64,000 nt of DNA from an uncultured Verrucomicrobiae bacterium (GCA_963702845.1 OY969763.1:320001-384000), one strand, 5' to 3'. Positions 11,101-21,247 are shown, counted from the first letter of the stretch. The notes: generated by a model not told the origin, from the sequence alone. Numbers and translations: made by a program.

Positions 11101-12478
11101 GACCAATAATTTCACGAATTGGTACACCGGCGTTTTACTGAATGTCGGCGCGAATACGTTCACGGCTCAAAGCTTCGATTATCGTGGGAACGCATCGCCC
11201 GTTGTCACCTGCACGATCAATTACCAATGGTATGCGCCCCTATCTGTCCTGACGAGCGGCCTCGGCACGGTGTCGATTCGTAACGGAACGCGATTGGCAG
11301 GAGAGCACGCCTATTCCATCAAAGCGACGCCCGGCAGACAGCACATGTTCTCGAACTGGGTGGATAATGCCACCGGGCTGCCTCTGACGTCATCAGCGCA
11401 ATGCACGTTTGTGATGAAGCGTAATCTGACGCTGTTGGCAAACTTTGTTCCTAATCCAATCGCGGTGAACAAACTCAATGGCAGTTACAACGGTCTTTTC
11501 TTCGAAACGAATGGCATCGCGGAAAAGAGCGCGGGGGCCATTTACAATCTGGCGGTGAAAGCAAATAGCACGTATAGCGGAAAATTGTATTTGGCCGGCG
11601 GTATTTATTCATTGGCGGGAACGTTTGACGTCTCCGGAAGCGATTCACAAACGATCACGCGCGGGGCGGGTGCGGTGAATGTTGCTCTGCACATGGATTG
11701 GAGCACGGATAGCAAACAAATCACCGGCACGGTGTCTTGCGTTAGCGAGAATTGGACGGCGCCGCTGGTTGCCGACCAAGCGGTATTTGGGTTGGGAAAT
11801 CCATATTCGGCGCATCGCTGCACGATGGCGCTCGCGCCTGCCCCGGATGCGCCGACAAATTCGCCATCGGGTTATGGATATGGAGTGATCAACATTCCAG
11901 CCAACGGGATAGTTCAATTGTCCGGAAAACTCGCCGACGGCACATCATTCGCGCAGAAGGTCCCACTTTCGAAGGACGGTAATGCGGCGGTCTATTGCGA
12001 TTTATATAATCATCGAGGGCTCATTGCCGGTCGGCTTTCTTATGCTTCCGGTCGTCCGATGGGCTCATTGACCTGGGTTGCGCCAGCAAACGTAGTTCCG
12101 GGTTATTCGGCCGGTTTCAACAAAACCACCGACGTCATCGGATCAATTTACACGCCGCAATCACCGGCTCTGAATTTGCCGACAGCAACTCTCAACATAG
12201 CTGGCGGCTTTGGCGGTGAAGCGCCACTTCAGTTCAAAGTCATCGTGAATAACAACAACACGATAACAAAAGACACTTCGTCAAAAGCGAACGGGTTCAA
12301 CTCGACGAATTCGGTTAGTGGAAATATCCAGACTTCGACAGGATTGATTACGCTCAAATACCTTCCGACGGGCGCGTCGCAAAGCCGCAACGTTTTCGGA
12401 GTGGCGCTGCCCAATACCAATTGCGCTTATGGTGCATTTGCGACGCCGTCGGGAAGCGGGTCGGTCAGCTTACATTGA
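8105..12478 (+). CDS. Large secreted Kelch-repeat protein with Ig-like, MBG-like and B-repeat-like domains
   Basis: Signal peptide from ATG 8105; two sets of Kelch repeats (HTATLL.GxVLV.GG, EIYDPAT..W); YDGNPKSVS..T.PAGL MBG-like motif. Confidence 0.85.
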   Translation: MRNSWFVSILSCVAGFALLMPQGGRADCPTFTVGPSNLPVAVVGMSYLQPTANRTWTSASSMVSPRQFPIGSVLNDGRVFVCNGFWASGDYANCEIYNPTNGEWTSTQPMIQSVRERGGGFSATVLQNGKVLVFGGDESFGTSDATEIYDPATDSWESAPTPAAAVRWSHTATLLQSGNVLVTGGQDLNSSEGNLLQTAWIFNPTTESWTQTGSMHVGRAFHHATLLLDGQVLITDDGGVAELFNPSTGNFVLTDAPSEVTGTCVTLLQNGNVLACGGANDGGRAAIFDWTTKTWRETARLHYPRWNHSATLLADGRVMVFGGTDETNGVVHACEMFDPATELWTVVDSSSLNGGTVVSLNDGTVLAFGDGSNDAQLFGAVAVSAIGNATPVTYQVTDGSLPRGVTLTKTGILVGSAFQIGDFTFTITGTDGSGCTGDGTVSIKVKAAGAITLSDLTQNYDGNPKSVSFTTVPAGLNVQVSYNGSNTPPTETGTYNVVAIIDDPVYAGMASAKFSINCGADLAHVIPLPAVYFGSNFSITLGGVMEGGHTSVQRERHTVTILQDGRFLAVGGSHVWYEDSESLQTAEVCDPNTALWTTVAPPLAQRGDHCAALLNDGRVLIAGGRTALFYHWWLQTAEIYDPISNKWTAVNRLMLTNHPAGTATTLPNGKVLVAGGGTSELFDPATGSWGTLTPMNAPRAPQSSPWTGEPPISPNTAILLPNGKAMVIGYGSAEIYDPAANTWMLTSAMHSTSSGGAMLLPNGTVLVVAGAVTEIYDPATDVWTQKTTQPFLRDKPTLTMLPSGKVLVEGWGGVSDQLEFYDPSTDTWTGGEREIPWRWNSIAELLPSGAVLFIGGQTYQAEQVPCSMYVPIEGVGPFSYWASVPSGMTLATDGGGPANYSITGLAQSIGSTIIPVTVTDWNGLRTCLTFKFTTLPSGSSADTTSPSVAITNPKSSSATVSTEFINITGTAVDTGGSVNTGVAMVLYSFNGGATQVASTTNNFTNWYTGVLLNVGANTFTAQSFDYRGNASPVVTCTINYQWYAPLSVLTSGLGTVSIRNGTRLAGEHAYSIKATPGRQHMFSNWVDNATGLPLTSSAQCTFVMKRNLTLLANFVPNPIAVNKLNGSYNGLFFETNGIAEKSAGAIYNLAVKANSTYSGKLYLAGGIYSLAGTFDVSGSDSQTITRGAGAVNVALHMDWSTDSKQITGTVSCVSENWTAPLVADQAVFGLGNPYSAHRCTMALAPAPDAPTNSPSGYGYGVINIPANGIVQLSGKLADGTSFAQKVPLSKDGNAAVYCDLYNHRGLIAGRLSYASGRPMGSLTWVAPANVVPGYSAGFNKTTDVIGSIYTPQSPALNLPTATLNIAGGFGGEAPLQFKVIVNNNNTITKDTSSKANGFNSTNSVSGNIQTSTGLITLKYLPTGASQSRNVFGVALPNTNCAYGAFATPSGSGSVSLH

Positions 12479-12548
12479 CCAATAGAGCACTGGTTCCTGG
12501 GGCAGTGTTTGGCTATCGTTGGCGCGTTGTGGGTAAGCCGATTCTAAC

Positions 12549-14588
12549 ATGAAATTTAGTCGCAAATATTTGGGCCGTTTGTGTGGCTTCGGTCTTTGGC
12601 TGCGAGTTTTGGTTTTGCTCGCTGTTGTTCTGGCACTCCCCGGGACGGTGGCAGCGACGCCCGCGATTATTCCGCTTCCGCAGGTGATGCAGGTGCAGCC
12701 GGGGACTTTTACGCTTTGTCCGTCTCAGTTAACAATAGTTGGACTGTCGCCGGCACTGACGAAAATTCTGGTTGAGCCGCAATTGCGGCATGAAGGCGAG
12801 TATTTGGCGGCGCAGTTGTTGAGGTCTACCGGGTTTAGATTTGAAGTTTCTACGAACACTGCGTTAGCTGTACAAACTACGATTCTGCTGACGAGCAGCA
12901 CTGTTACCAATTTGGGAACGGAGGGATACGAGTTGACGGTGGATACGAATGCGGTCGTGATTCGTGGACAGTCGGCGGGTGTTTTCTACGGGATTCAAAC
13001 ACTGTTGCAATTGTTGCCGCCGCAAATTTATTCACAGCGTCCAGTCACAAACATTGCGTGGACGGCGCCGTGCATTTACATCCAGGACGTGCCGCGATTT
13101 TCGTGGCGTGGGTGGATGGTGGATTCAGCACGTCATTTTTTCACCAAAGACGAGATCAAACACTTTCTCGATTCGATGGCGATGCACAAGCTGAACACGT
13201 TTCACTGGCATCTGGACGATGATACGGCCTGGCGGATTGAGATTAAAAAGTGGCCGCTGTTGACGCAGGTCGGTGCATGGCGCAACGGTGTGGATTTTGG
13301 ATTGAATCCACGGTCGTCGACTGCTTTCAACGATGCGGGTAAGTACGGCGGTTTTTACACTCAGGACGACATTCGCGAGATTGTAAGTTATGCAACACAG
13401 CGGCACATCACCGTCGTGCCGGAGATCGAAATGCCGGGACATTCGCTCGCGGCTTTGACGGCCTATCCGCAGTTCGGATGCGGTTGTGCTAGTTGTCAGA
13501 ATGGGCCGTATGGAAATCTCGACGTGGTTAACTCCAATGGCAGCGGCGTGTTTTGTCCCGCGCGACCGGAAACGTTGTTGTTTCTTCAGGATATTCTCAG
13601 TGAAGTGATGGACCTGTTTCCTGGGCAATACATTCATATCGGCGGAGATGAAGTGACGTTCTACAATTGGGCCAGACATCAATTGGACATCGACCTCGGC
13701 AACAGCCTTGGCATCGGGACGACGCAGAAGTATCAGGCGTATTTTGCACAACGTATCGCGAACTTCGCTGCTACCAAAGGGCGGACGATCATTGGTTGGA
13801 GTGAACTGATGAATGGTGGTTTTGTCACGAACGCGGTTTTGATGGACTGGCTTACCGGGAGTTCGAGCAGGGCGACGTTTGCAGCGACGAACGGCGGCAA
13901 AGCGGTGATGACGCCCACGAGCGCTTGTTATATTAATTTTCTGGAGACCTCCTCGACCGGTCAGTGGGTTTCGGAACCACCGTGGCAATCCGGCACTGTA
14001 TCGTTGTCGACCGCGTATGCCCTGAATCCAATTCCGGCTTCGCTCCCGGCTGCCTATACTAACAACATTCTCGGCGCACAGGGAAATTGCTGGGCCGAAT
14101 ATATACCTTCACGCGTGGACATGGAGTTTCGGGCTTTTCCACGGTTGTGTGCATTGGCAGAGGTGAATTGGACTGCGTCGGCGCTGAAGAACTACATGGA
14201 CTTTACCAATCGCCTCGTGCTCCATGAGCAACGGCTGGATTACGCAGGTTTTAGTTACAATCCGCATGCCGATCCATCTGTGATCGCCAGTTGGTCGAGC
14301 GCGCCATTGAGTTATTCTCCAATCGATTGGGACATCACTAGCAGCATCAGTGCGGGCGATTTTGTTACCAGCTTTAAAACCACCTCTGGCAGTTCGATGG
14401 CCATCCAGTCGGTCGCGCTATTGGAGAATGGGCTGCAAATTGATTCGCAGACCAACAGTGGCACTCCGACCTACATCTTCCGCGTCCCCGGTGTGCGACG
14501 TGGCGCAACTTACACGCTGCGTGGTTCGGTTCAGGCGGCCACGACGAATTCGATTGGGCTTATCTACCACCCGACAAAATGGAACTGA
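12549..14588 (+). CDS. Beta-N-acetylhexosaminidase (GH20)
   Basis: DxPRFSWRG, DSARHF, FHWHL, PEIEMPGH, HIGGDE catalytic motif, GAQGNCWAE, FPRLCALAE. Confidence 0.95.
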   Translation: MKFSRKYLGRLCGFGLWLRVLVLLAVVLALPGTVAATPAIIPLPQVMQVQPGTFTLCPSQLTIVGLSPALTKILVEPQLRHEGEYLAAQLLRSTGFRFEVSTNTALAVQTTILLTSSTVTNLGTEGYELTVDTNAVVIRGQSAGVFYGIQTLLQLLPPQIYSQRPVTNIAWTAPCIYIQDVPRFSWRGWMVDSARHFFTKDEIKHFLDSMAMHKLNTFHWHLDDDTAWRIEIKKWPLLTQVGAWRNGVDFGLNPRSSTAFNDAGKYGGFYTQDDIREIVSYATQRHITVVPEIEMPGHSLAALTAYPQFGCGCASCQNGPYGNLDVVNSNGSGVFCPARPETLLFLQDILSEVMDLFPGQYIHIGGDEVTFYNWARHQLDIDLGNSLGIGTTQKYQAYFAQRIANFAATKGRTIIGWSELMNGGFVTNAVLMDWLTGSSSRATFAATNGGKAVMTPTSACYINFLETSSTGQWVSEPPWQSGTVSLSTAYALNPIPASLPAAYTNNILGAQGNCWAEYIPSRVDMEFRAFPRLCALAEVNWTASALKNYMDFTNRLVLHEQRLDYAGFSYNPHADPSVIASWSSAPLSYSPIDWDITSSISAGDFVTSFKTTSGSSMAIQSVALLENGLQIDSQTNSGTPTYIFRVPGVRRGATYTLRGSVQAATTNSIGLIYHPTKWN

Positions 14589-15868
14589 ACCCTTCAAAAG
14601 CATTCATGTTGGTGTCGCTGATTTGCGGCGCTGTTGCATTTGGCGGGCGCGCTCAGTCCGTGCAACTTTCTTCGCTGGCCGGTAGACCACTGCCGGGCGC
14701 GGTCGATGCGCTGAGTGACGATGCGCAATTTAATTGTCCAACCGGAATCGCCGTTGGCACCGACGGCACTATCTTTGTTGCCGACACTCAAAACAGCACC
14801 ATTCGAAAAGTCACCAACGACGGCACGGTGACGACGTTCGCTGGTCTGGCTGGTGCGGTTGGCAGTGTCGACGGCACTGGAACCAACGCACAATTCAACG
14901 CGCCGCAGGGTGTTGCTGTGGACAGCGCCGGTTTCGTTTACGTGGCCGACACGGGGAATTCGACGATCCGCAAAATCAGTTCCTCCGGCGTAGTGAGCAC
15001 GCTTTCTGGCGTCGCAGGTTATCCCAATCCATTTGATGGCATCGGAACAAACGCCCAATTCAATCATCCGCAAGCGCTGGCTATCGACAGTGCCGGACAA
15101 ATTTACGTTGCAGATACATGGAACTACACCATCAGAAAAATCGTAGCCAACGGAACGGTAACCACCCTTGCCGGGCGCGCCGGCTATTCGGGAAGTGTGG
15201 ATGGAGCGACCAACCGGGCGCGGTTCAACGGGCCTACTGGCATCGCTGTCGATAACACTGGCACTGTTTTTGTGACTGAGTTCTGGAGTCACACAATACG
15301 GCAAATCAGTGCGGCGGGCGCTGTGACGACAATCGTCGGAAAGGCAGGTAGTTGGGGTGACAGCGACGGAGTCAATGACAGCGCGCGTTTTTTCCAGACG
15401 ACCGCGATTGTTTCAGCGGGCAGCGGAAATCTTTTCGTTCTCGATTCCGGCAATCAAACTCTTCGCCAACTCACTCTTAACGGTACCAACTGGAACGTTG
15501 CAACGGTTGCGGGTGTTTCCGGACTCGCTGGAAATTTAGACGGCACCGGGGCCTCTGCGCAGATGTATTTTGCGGCGGGGTTGGCGATCGACAGCAACGG
15601 TTTGCTGTATCTCGCCGACACCGGAAACAACACGATCCGCATCAGCTCCTTCGTTCCGCCGCAAATCCACGCGAACCAAACCGCTAGCGCAGTTTCGCTC
15701 TCATGGCGGACGTCAGCTCCAAATTATTCAATTGAATCAACCTCGAACGTGACTGATTCGACTTCGTGGACGTCGGTCTTTGGGCCTGCGGTAGTAGCGG
15801 GCGACAGAATTATTGTAACAAACTCGCCAGCTTCAACGCCGGCCTTCTACCGCCTCCGCGCAAACTAA
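14579..15868 (+). CDS. Secreted NHL-repeat beta-propeller protein with C-terminal 'FYRL' domain
   Basis: Repeated FNxPxGIAVD..G..YVADTGN.TIRKI; signal-like N-terminus (start could be 14606). Confidence 0.88.
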   Translation: MELNPSKAFMLVSLICGAVAFGGRAQSVQLSSLAGRPLPGAVDALSDDAQFNCPTGIAVGTDGTIFVADTQNSTIRKVTNDGTVTTFAGLAGAVGSVDGTGTNAQFNAPQGVAVDSAGFVYVADTGNSTIRKISSSGVVSTLSGVAGYPNPFDGIGTNAQFNHPQALAIDSAGQIYVADTWNYTIRKIVANGTVTTLAGRAGYSGSVDGATNRARFNGPTGIAVDNTGTVFVTEFWSHTIRQISAAGAVTTIVGKAGSWGDSDGVNDSARFFQTTAIVSAGSGNLFVLDSGNQTLRQLTLNGTNWNVATVAGVSGLAGNLDGTGASAQMYFAAGLAIDSNGLLYLADTGNNTIRISSFVPPQIHANQTASAVSLSWRTSAPNYSIESTSNVTDSTSWTSVFGPAVVAGDRIIVTNSPASTPAFYRLRAN

Positions 15869-15889
15869 ATCGGACCGGCATCGCGATGC

Positions 15890-17585
15890 CTATTTCGGTT
15901 GCAGCTTTGTCAACTTGACGGGTTCCGTCCAGAGTTTCGGACCTTTACCATCGCGTGCGATGTAAATGTTTTTCAACCAATTGGCGTTGTCGGTTTTTTC
16001 GAAGTCGGTGCGGTAATGGGCGCCGCGGCTGTCTTCGCGGGCCAAGGCGCTGCGGGCGATCAGCTCGGAAGAGAGGAGCATGTTGCGCATGTCGAGCGCT
16101 TGTTGCCACGTGAGATTGAATTCGCGATTGCCGGTCACGGCGACGGCTTCGTTGCGTTCGTTCAAGGCGCGAATTTCTTCGATGCCTTTGGACAGGTCTG
16201 GGCCATTTCGCACAATGCCGACTTTTTCCCAGGTAACTTTGCCAAGTTCATCGCGCAATGGCCACGGGCTCTCGCCTTTGCGATTCAAAAATTTTTCGGA
16301 CTCGGCAATCGTCGACGCGACCTGATCTTTTTGCGGTTCGGCGAAATCGTTTTCTTTTACCCAATCGGAAACCGAATCACCAACGCGCGCTCCGTAAACG
16401 GTCGATTCGGCTACACCATTGCCGCCGAGTCGATTCGCGCCATGCACACCGCTTGAGTCTTCACCCGCGGCGAATAACCCAATCAAGTTTGTGAAGCCGT
16501 CGCGATTGATTCGGACACCGCCCATGTTGAAGTGCGCGGTCGGGCAAACTTCCACGCGTTCGCGCGCCAAATCGTATCCGATGCGCAAACAGCGATCGCG
16601 CATACCCACAAAGTTTTTCTCCACGAATTCCGCGCCGAGATGCGTCACATCGATCAGCACCGCGCCATTTTCGGTGCCGCGTCCGGCCATGATTTCCATG
16701 AAGCCGGCACGTGAAACGCGATCGCGCGTCGACCGCTCTTGTTTTTCCGGGTCGTAGCGCTGCCATGTAGCGCTCGCCTTTGCCGTTGAACAAATGCGCG
16801 CCCGCACCGCGCAAACCTTCTTCGAGCAAAGCGCCATTGAGCCGCGAGCCTGGCACGACGAGTCCGGTCGGATGAAATTGGACCATTTCCATGTCCATTA
16901 GATGCGCGCCGGCGCGATACGCCATGGCTGGCCCGTCAGAACTTTTTTCCTGCGCACAGGCGGCACGTTGATACATCAGCGGACCCGCGCCGGTCGCGAG
17001 AATGACCGCTTTGGCTTTCACCACGATGTAAGTGCCGGTTTCGATTTCGAGCAACACCGCGCCGATGACACGTTTGCCATCGGCTGACGTCAACAACTCC
17101 AACCCACGGGTCGATTGCAAACAGGGGATGCCCGCCGCCATCACTTGATCGCGCAAACGCGACATAATTTCGATGCCGGTCAAATCACCAACGTGGACGG
17201 TGCGATCGAAACTTTGCCCCGCAAAAGCTTTCTGGTGAATCTGTCCATCGGCGGCGCGATCGAACATACAACCGATGCGATTTTCCAACTCGCGAACGAC
17301 CTTCGGCGCGTCTTGCACGAGGTGCCACGCGAGGTCCTGGTCGTTGATATAGCCGCCGCCTTTGACCGTGTCCTCGAAATGCGCCTGGACCGAGTCCTTG
17401 GGATTGAGCGCGACATTATAGCCGCCTTGCACCATGCGCGTGCAGCCGCTTTTGCCGAGCATCCCCTTGCTCACGAGCAAAATATCCTGACGCGGATCGC
17501 GCCAACGGGCGTGCAGCGCTGCCATGAGGCCGGCGCCGCCTGTGCCAAGGATGAGGATGTCAGTCGAGAGTTGCTGGGCGGTCAT
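15890..17585 (-). pseudogene. SdhA/FrdA/NadB-family flavoprotein with one +1 frameshift (probably a sequencing error)
   Basis: GTGGAG, QFHPT, EGLRG, HFNMGG, HGANRLGGN, EDSRGAHYR; removing one base near 16763 joins the two ORFs as GERYMQRYDPE. Confidence 0.88.
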
Positions 17586-17630
17586 AATAAACTGGGCGCG
17601 GTAGGTTACGAAGAAGCAGGGGAAGAGAGA

Positions 17631-17658
17631 AGTTAGAAGTTAGGAGCTAGAAGTTAGA
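17631..17658. repeat. Four tandem heptamers (AGTTAGA-like)
   Basis: agttaga agttagg agctaga agttaga. Confidence 0.7.
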
Positions 17659-17714
17659 GCGGATCGGCGAAAATTTTGATTTCAACCGCTCGCAAATCGT
17701 TTAGTTTCCCCGCC

Positions 17715-18017
17715 ATGTTTTCGCACGTTGTCATCTTTTGGACTGATCCCAAGAATCCGAACGCCGCCGACGAACTCATCGCCGGCATGGAAAAATATTT
17801 GCGCCCGATTCCGGGTGCATTGCAAATGCACGTCGGCAAAATGGTGACGAGCCCTCGGCCGGTGGTGGAACAATCGTATCAAGTTGCACTCAACCTCATC
17901 TTCGCCAACAAAAAGGCTCAGGACGACTATCAGGTGCATCCGATGCACGTGGAGTTCGTCAACGGCGTCTTCAAGAAAACCTGCCAGCGCGTTGTCGTTT
18001 ACGATTTCGAAGGTTAA
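17715..18017 (+). CDS. Dabb family stress-responsive A/B barrel protein
   Basis: HVVIFW...YQVHPMHVEF...VVVYDF pattern. Confidence 0.85.
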   Translation: MFSHVVIFWTDPKNPNAADELIAGMEKYLRPIPGALQMHVGKMVTSPRPVVEQSYQVALNLIFANKKAQDDYQVHPMHVEFVNGVFKKTCQRVVVYDFEG

Positions 18018-18095
18018 GAGAGCAGGGCGGGTCACGCGCGCCGTTCCTTGATTCTACTTGGCATTCCGTGGGTTTGAATTAAAACATGCGCAGGC

Positions 18096-19357
18096 ATGAA
18101 TACGGTCACTTCCCTCAAGACAATCAAAGCCAACGTTCAACCCCTGGTTGAAGCCGCACTTGCAGAATCCGGCGGTCTTTTGCGACTCGCCCCGTGCTGG
18201 GTGCCGCGCTCCTTTCTCCAGCCCGGCAAGCGCCTCAAGCTGCATCCCGATGACCTTTACGCGTTCGGCTTGAACCGCGGCGGCATCGACGAGCGCTGGT
18301 TCGCCTCCACCACGCCCGCCGCCAACGAAAATCGCACGCCCGACGAAGGCTTGAGCTATGTCGTCGTCGGCAAACAACGCTTCACCCTGCAAGAAGCCGT
18401 TGCCGAATGCGGCGAAGACATCATCGGCTCAGCCATTTGGAAGAAATACAAAAAATGGCCGGTCTATTCGAAGTTCTTCGACAACATGGGCCCGATTCCC
18501 GCATCACATGCATCAAAGCGCCAAGCAGGCCGCGTTGCTTGGTCTGGAAGGCAAACCGGAATCTTATTATTTCCCGCCGCAACACAACAACGTCGGCAAC
18601 AATTTCCCCTACACCTTCATGGGCCTCGAGCCCGGCACGACCAAAGCCCAGGTCCGCCGCTGCCTCGAAAACTGGAACAAAGGCGACAACGGCATTCTCG
18701 ACCTCAGCCGCGCCTATCGCCTGAAACCCGGCACTGGCTGGCTGATTCCGCCGTGCATTCTTCACGCGCCCGGTTCGCTTTGCACTTACGAGCCGCAATG
18801 GGGCAGTGACGTGTTCGGCATGTATCAATCGCTCGTCGAAGGCCGCGAAGTTCCGTGGTCGTTGCTCGTGAAAGACATGCCCCCGAAAAACCACAAAGAT
18901 CTCGATTTCCTCGTCGACCAGCTCGATTGGGAAGGCAACACCGACGAAAATTTCAAAGACAATCACTACCTCGAGCCCATCCCGGTCGCCGACACCAAGA
19001 AGGAAGGCTACATGGATCGCTGGATCGTTTACGGCAAAGTTGCCGGCGAACAATTGTTCACCGCCAAGGAACTGACGATCGAGCCCGGTGCAAAATGCAC
19101 CATCAAAGACAGCGGCGCCTACGGCCTGATCTACTGTCCAAGGCAAAGGCAAAATGAACCGATTCAACCTCGATTGCCCGAAGCTGATCCGCTTCCACGA
19201 AATGACCGAGGACGAAGTGTTCTGCACCGAAGCCGCCGCCAAAGCGGGTGTCGTTTTCGAGAACACGAGCAGAGTCGAACCGCTGGTTGTGTTGCGTTAC
19301 TTCGGCCCGGAGGTGAACCCGCATGCTCCAAGCGTGGGCGCTTACAAAAGACGTTGA
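18096..19357 (+). pseudogene. Cupin-fold protein (mannose-6-phosphate isomerase-like) with two +1 frameshifts
   Basis: Three overlapping ORFs join into ERW...KFFDNMGPIPHHMHQ...GKPESYY...LHAPGS...YEPQ after removing single bases near 18499 and 19132. Confidence 0.7.
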
Positions 19358-19383
19358 TTACTGCATCGCGGCGCGTGAGCCCG

Positions 19384-20106
19384 TTATGAAGCGGGTGTCT
19401 CTGCAGCAGGAGCCTCAGGTGCAGCTGGCGCAGCATCCGGGTTCGGCGCTTGGCCTTGCACATCGGTCAATGTCATTTGCTCCGTAGGTTCCGGAGGCGC
19501 AGTCGCTAATCCGGGCTCTGCTGTAACGAGTGCTTCCGGTTTGGTCACTGGGATGCGGCGCAGTTCGTCGGCGGCTGGCAAATCTTCCAAACTGCGCAAA
19601 CCGAAATATTCGAGAAACAATTGCGTGGTGCCGTACGTCATCGGACGTCCGACAACTTCTGCACGGCCAACTTGCTCTACCAATCCACGTTCCAGCAATG
19701 TCTGCATCACGCCGTCCACAGCCACGCCGCGGACTTGTTCGATTTCTGTGCGCGTAATCGGCTGGCGATACGCAATGATGGCCAAAGTCTCCAAAGAAGG
19801 CTGAGTCAGGCGTGGCGGGCGGCTCTTCTGTCCGAGCAGGGCCAATAACCATGGCGCAAATTCCGGTTGCGTCACGAACTGCCACGCCCCGGCCACACAC
19901 GCCAAACGATAACTGCGCGCCGCCGTCTCGTGCTCTTTCTGAAGCTCCTCTAGCGCCGCCACTAGGTCGGGTTCCTTCACCTTGGCCCACGGCTTCGCTT
20001 CCGGGCTGCCTTCAGCGGCGGTGGCGAGAAGGTCGCGCAGCTCTTTTGGGCTGAGCGGCTTTTGCGCCGAGAACAGGATCGATTCGAGGATGAACTTCAG
20101 GTCCAT
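19384..20106 (-). CDS. scpB: SMC-Scp complex subunit ScpB
   Basis: LETLAIIAYRQPITR.EIE.VRGV, GRP..YGTT..FLEYFGL.SL.DLP. Confidence 0.96.
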   Translation of the reverse strand: MDLKFILESILFSAQKPLSPKELRDLLATAAEGSPEAKPWAKVKEPDLVAALEELQKEHETAARSYRLACVAGAWQFVTQPEFAPWLLALLGQKSRPPRLTQPSLETLAIIAYRQPITRTEIEQVRGVAVDGVMQTLLERGLVEQVGRAEVVGRPMTYGTTQLFLEYFGLRSLEDLPAADELRRIPVTKPEALVTAEPGLATAPPEPTEQMTLTDVQGQAPNPDAAPAAPEAPAAETPAS

Positions 20107-20115
20107 GATAAAAAA

Positions 20116-20907
20116 TCAGTTTTGGGCTTCCACAGGTGTATCGGAAGCCGTTGTAGGAGCAGGTTGCTCGGGCGCTTTCGCAATATCAATTTCGCCGAAA
20201 TCTTCCGATTGGATGCACAACAGTTTCTTCATGCGGATCATTTCTAGCAATGCCAGAAACGTGCAAACAACTTCCGCCCGGCTGGTCGCAACTTCAAAAA
20301 GCTCAGAAAACTTCACCCGTTCGCGGGTGGCAGTCAGTTCATGCAAAAATTCAATCTTCTGGCTGACGCTCCACTTGTCTTCGAAAATCTCGCGCAACTC
20401 TTCCCGTTGCGAAACCCGTTTCAGGACGGAATTGACCGCGTTAATCAGGTCAAACAACGTCGCTTCCGCCTTCTTCGGCGCGTAACCATTGCCGGCCTGC
20501 AATTCTCCGAGGTCCGGCTTAATCGGCAAACGTGGGAAAATACTTTCCTGGTCGATCTCGCGCTGTTGCAGTTGCGCGGCGGCGTCTTTGAATTTTTTGT
20601 ATTCAACGAGCTGCCGGATCAGTTCCCAGCGCGGATCTTCCTCGTCCTCTTCCTCGCCAGCGGCAACCTGCTGTTCCTTCGGAAGCAGCTCGCGGCTTTT
20701 GATATACATGAGCGTCGCAGCCATCACGAGGAATTCACCCGCGAATTCCAAGTCAAGCAAACGCATCACGTCTAAATACTCGATGAATTGGGTGGCCAGC
20801 TTGGTGAGATTGACCTCATAGATGTCCACCTCTTCTTTTTTGATGAGATAGAGAAGGAGATCGAGCGGCCCTTCGAAGACCTCGAACTGAACTTTATACT
20901 CCGCCAT
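20116..20907 (-). CDS. scpA: Segregation and condensation protein ScpA
   Basis: FEGPLDLLLYLI, EFLVMAATL..IKSR.LLP, TFLALLE. Confidence 0.96.
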   Translation of the reverse strand: MAEYKVQFEVFEGPLDLLLYLIKKEEVDIYEVNLTKLATQFIEYLDVMRLLDLEFAGEFLVMAATLMYIKSRELLPKEQQVAAGEEEDEEDPRWELIRQLVEYKKFKDAAAQLQQREIDQESIFPRLPIKPDLGELQAGNGYAPKKAEATLFDLINAVNSVLKRVSQREELREIFEDKWSVSQKIEFLHELTATRERVKFSELFEVATSRAEVVCTFLALLEMIRMKKLLCIQSEDFGEIDIAKAPEQPAPTTASDTPVEAQN

Positions 20908-21092
20908 GCACTTTGGTTATGTGCGGCGACTTTAGCGTTTGAGCGCAAGCTTTAGCAATGAAGAAGTCGATAGAAAATCGCGCGTTTGGTTGACGAAAGT
21001 TCGAAGTAAGTCGCGCGTTCGAGCTATAACTCTCTGGTAACTCGACTGAAGCATTTGTTTGACTTAGAGCATCAAAAGAAACGGTTTCGACG

Positions 21093-21120
21093 TTGACTTT
21101 AACGGCCAAGTAACTACTAT
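21093..21120 (+). promoter_or_regulatory. Sigma70-type promoter for candidate sRNA
   Basis: TTGACT (21093-21098), 16 nt, TACTAT (21115-21120). Confidence 0.6.
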
Positions 21121-21126
21121 CGTCAT

Positions 21127-21247
21127 TGGATTTTGATTCGGGTAGCGGTACGTTTCTTCAGCGGGGTTCCCCACCCCCACCTCCTTGGCGTCTGTTGCCC
21201 GAATCTCTCTTTAGCCCCGGTAGAAATACCGGGGCTGTTTTGTTTTT
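21127..21247 (+). ncRNA. Candidate small RNA with anti-SD (CCUCCUU) loop
   Basis: Promoter upstream; 14-bp stem 21135-21148/21192-21205 with G-U pairs; C-rich loop; own terminator; flanking genes both on the minus strand. Confidence 0.6.
21213..21246 (+). terminator. Intrinsic terminator
   Basis: AGCCCCGGTA-GAAA-TACCGGGGCT then GTTTTGTTTTT. Confidence 0.85.

Noticed and set aside
18490..19140. Programmed ribosomal frameshifting in the cupin gene
   Set aside because: No slippery sequence or stimulatory structure; two events in one gene fit sequencing error better
18421..19266. 281-aa minus-strand ORF
   Set aside because: Shadow of the cupin-like gene
21178..21186. CACCTCCTT as a 16S rRNA fragment
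   Set aside because: Only 9 nt match and the flanks are not rRNA-like; treated as an sRNA loop motif
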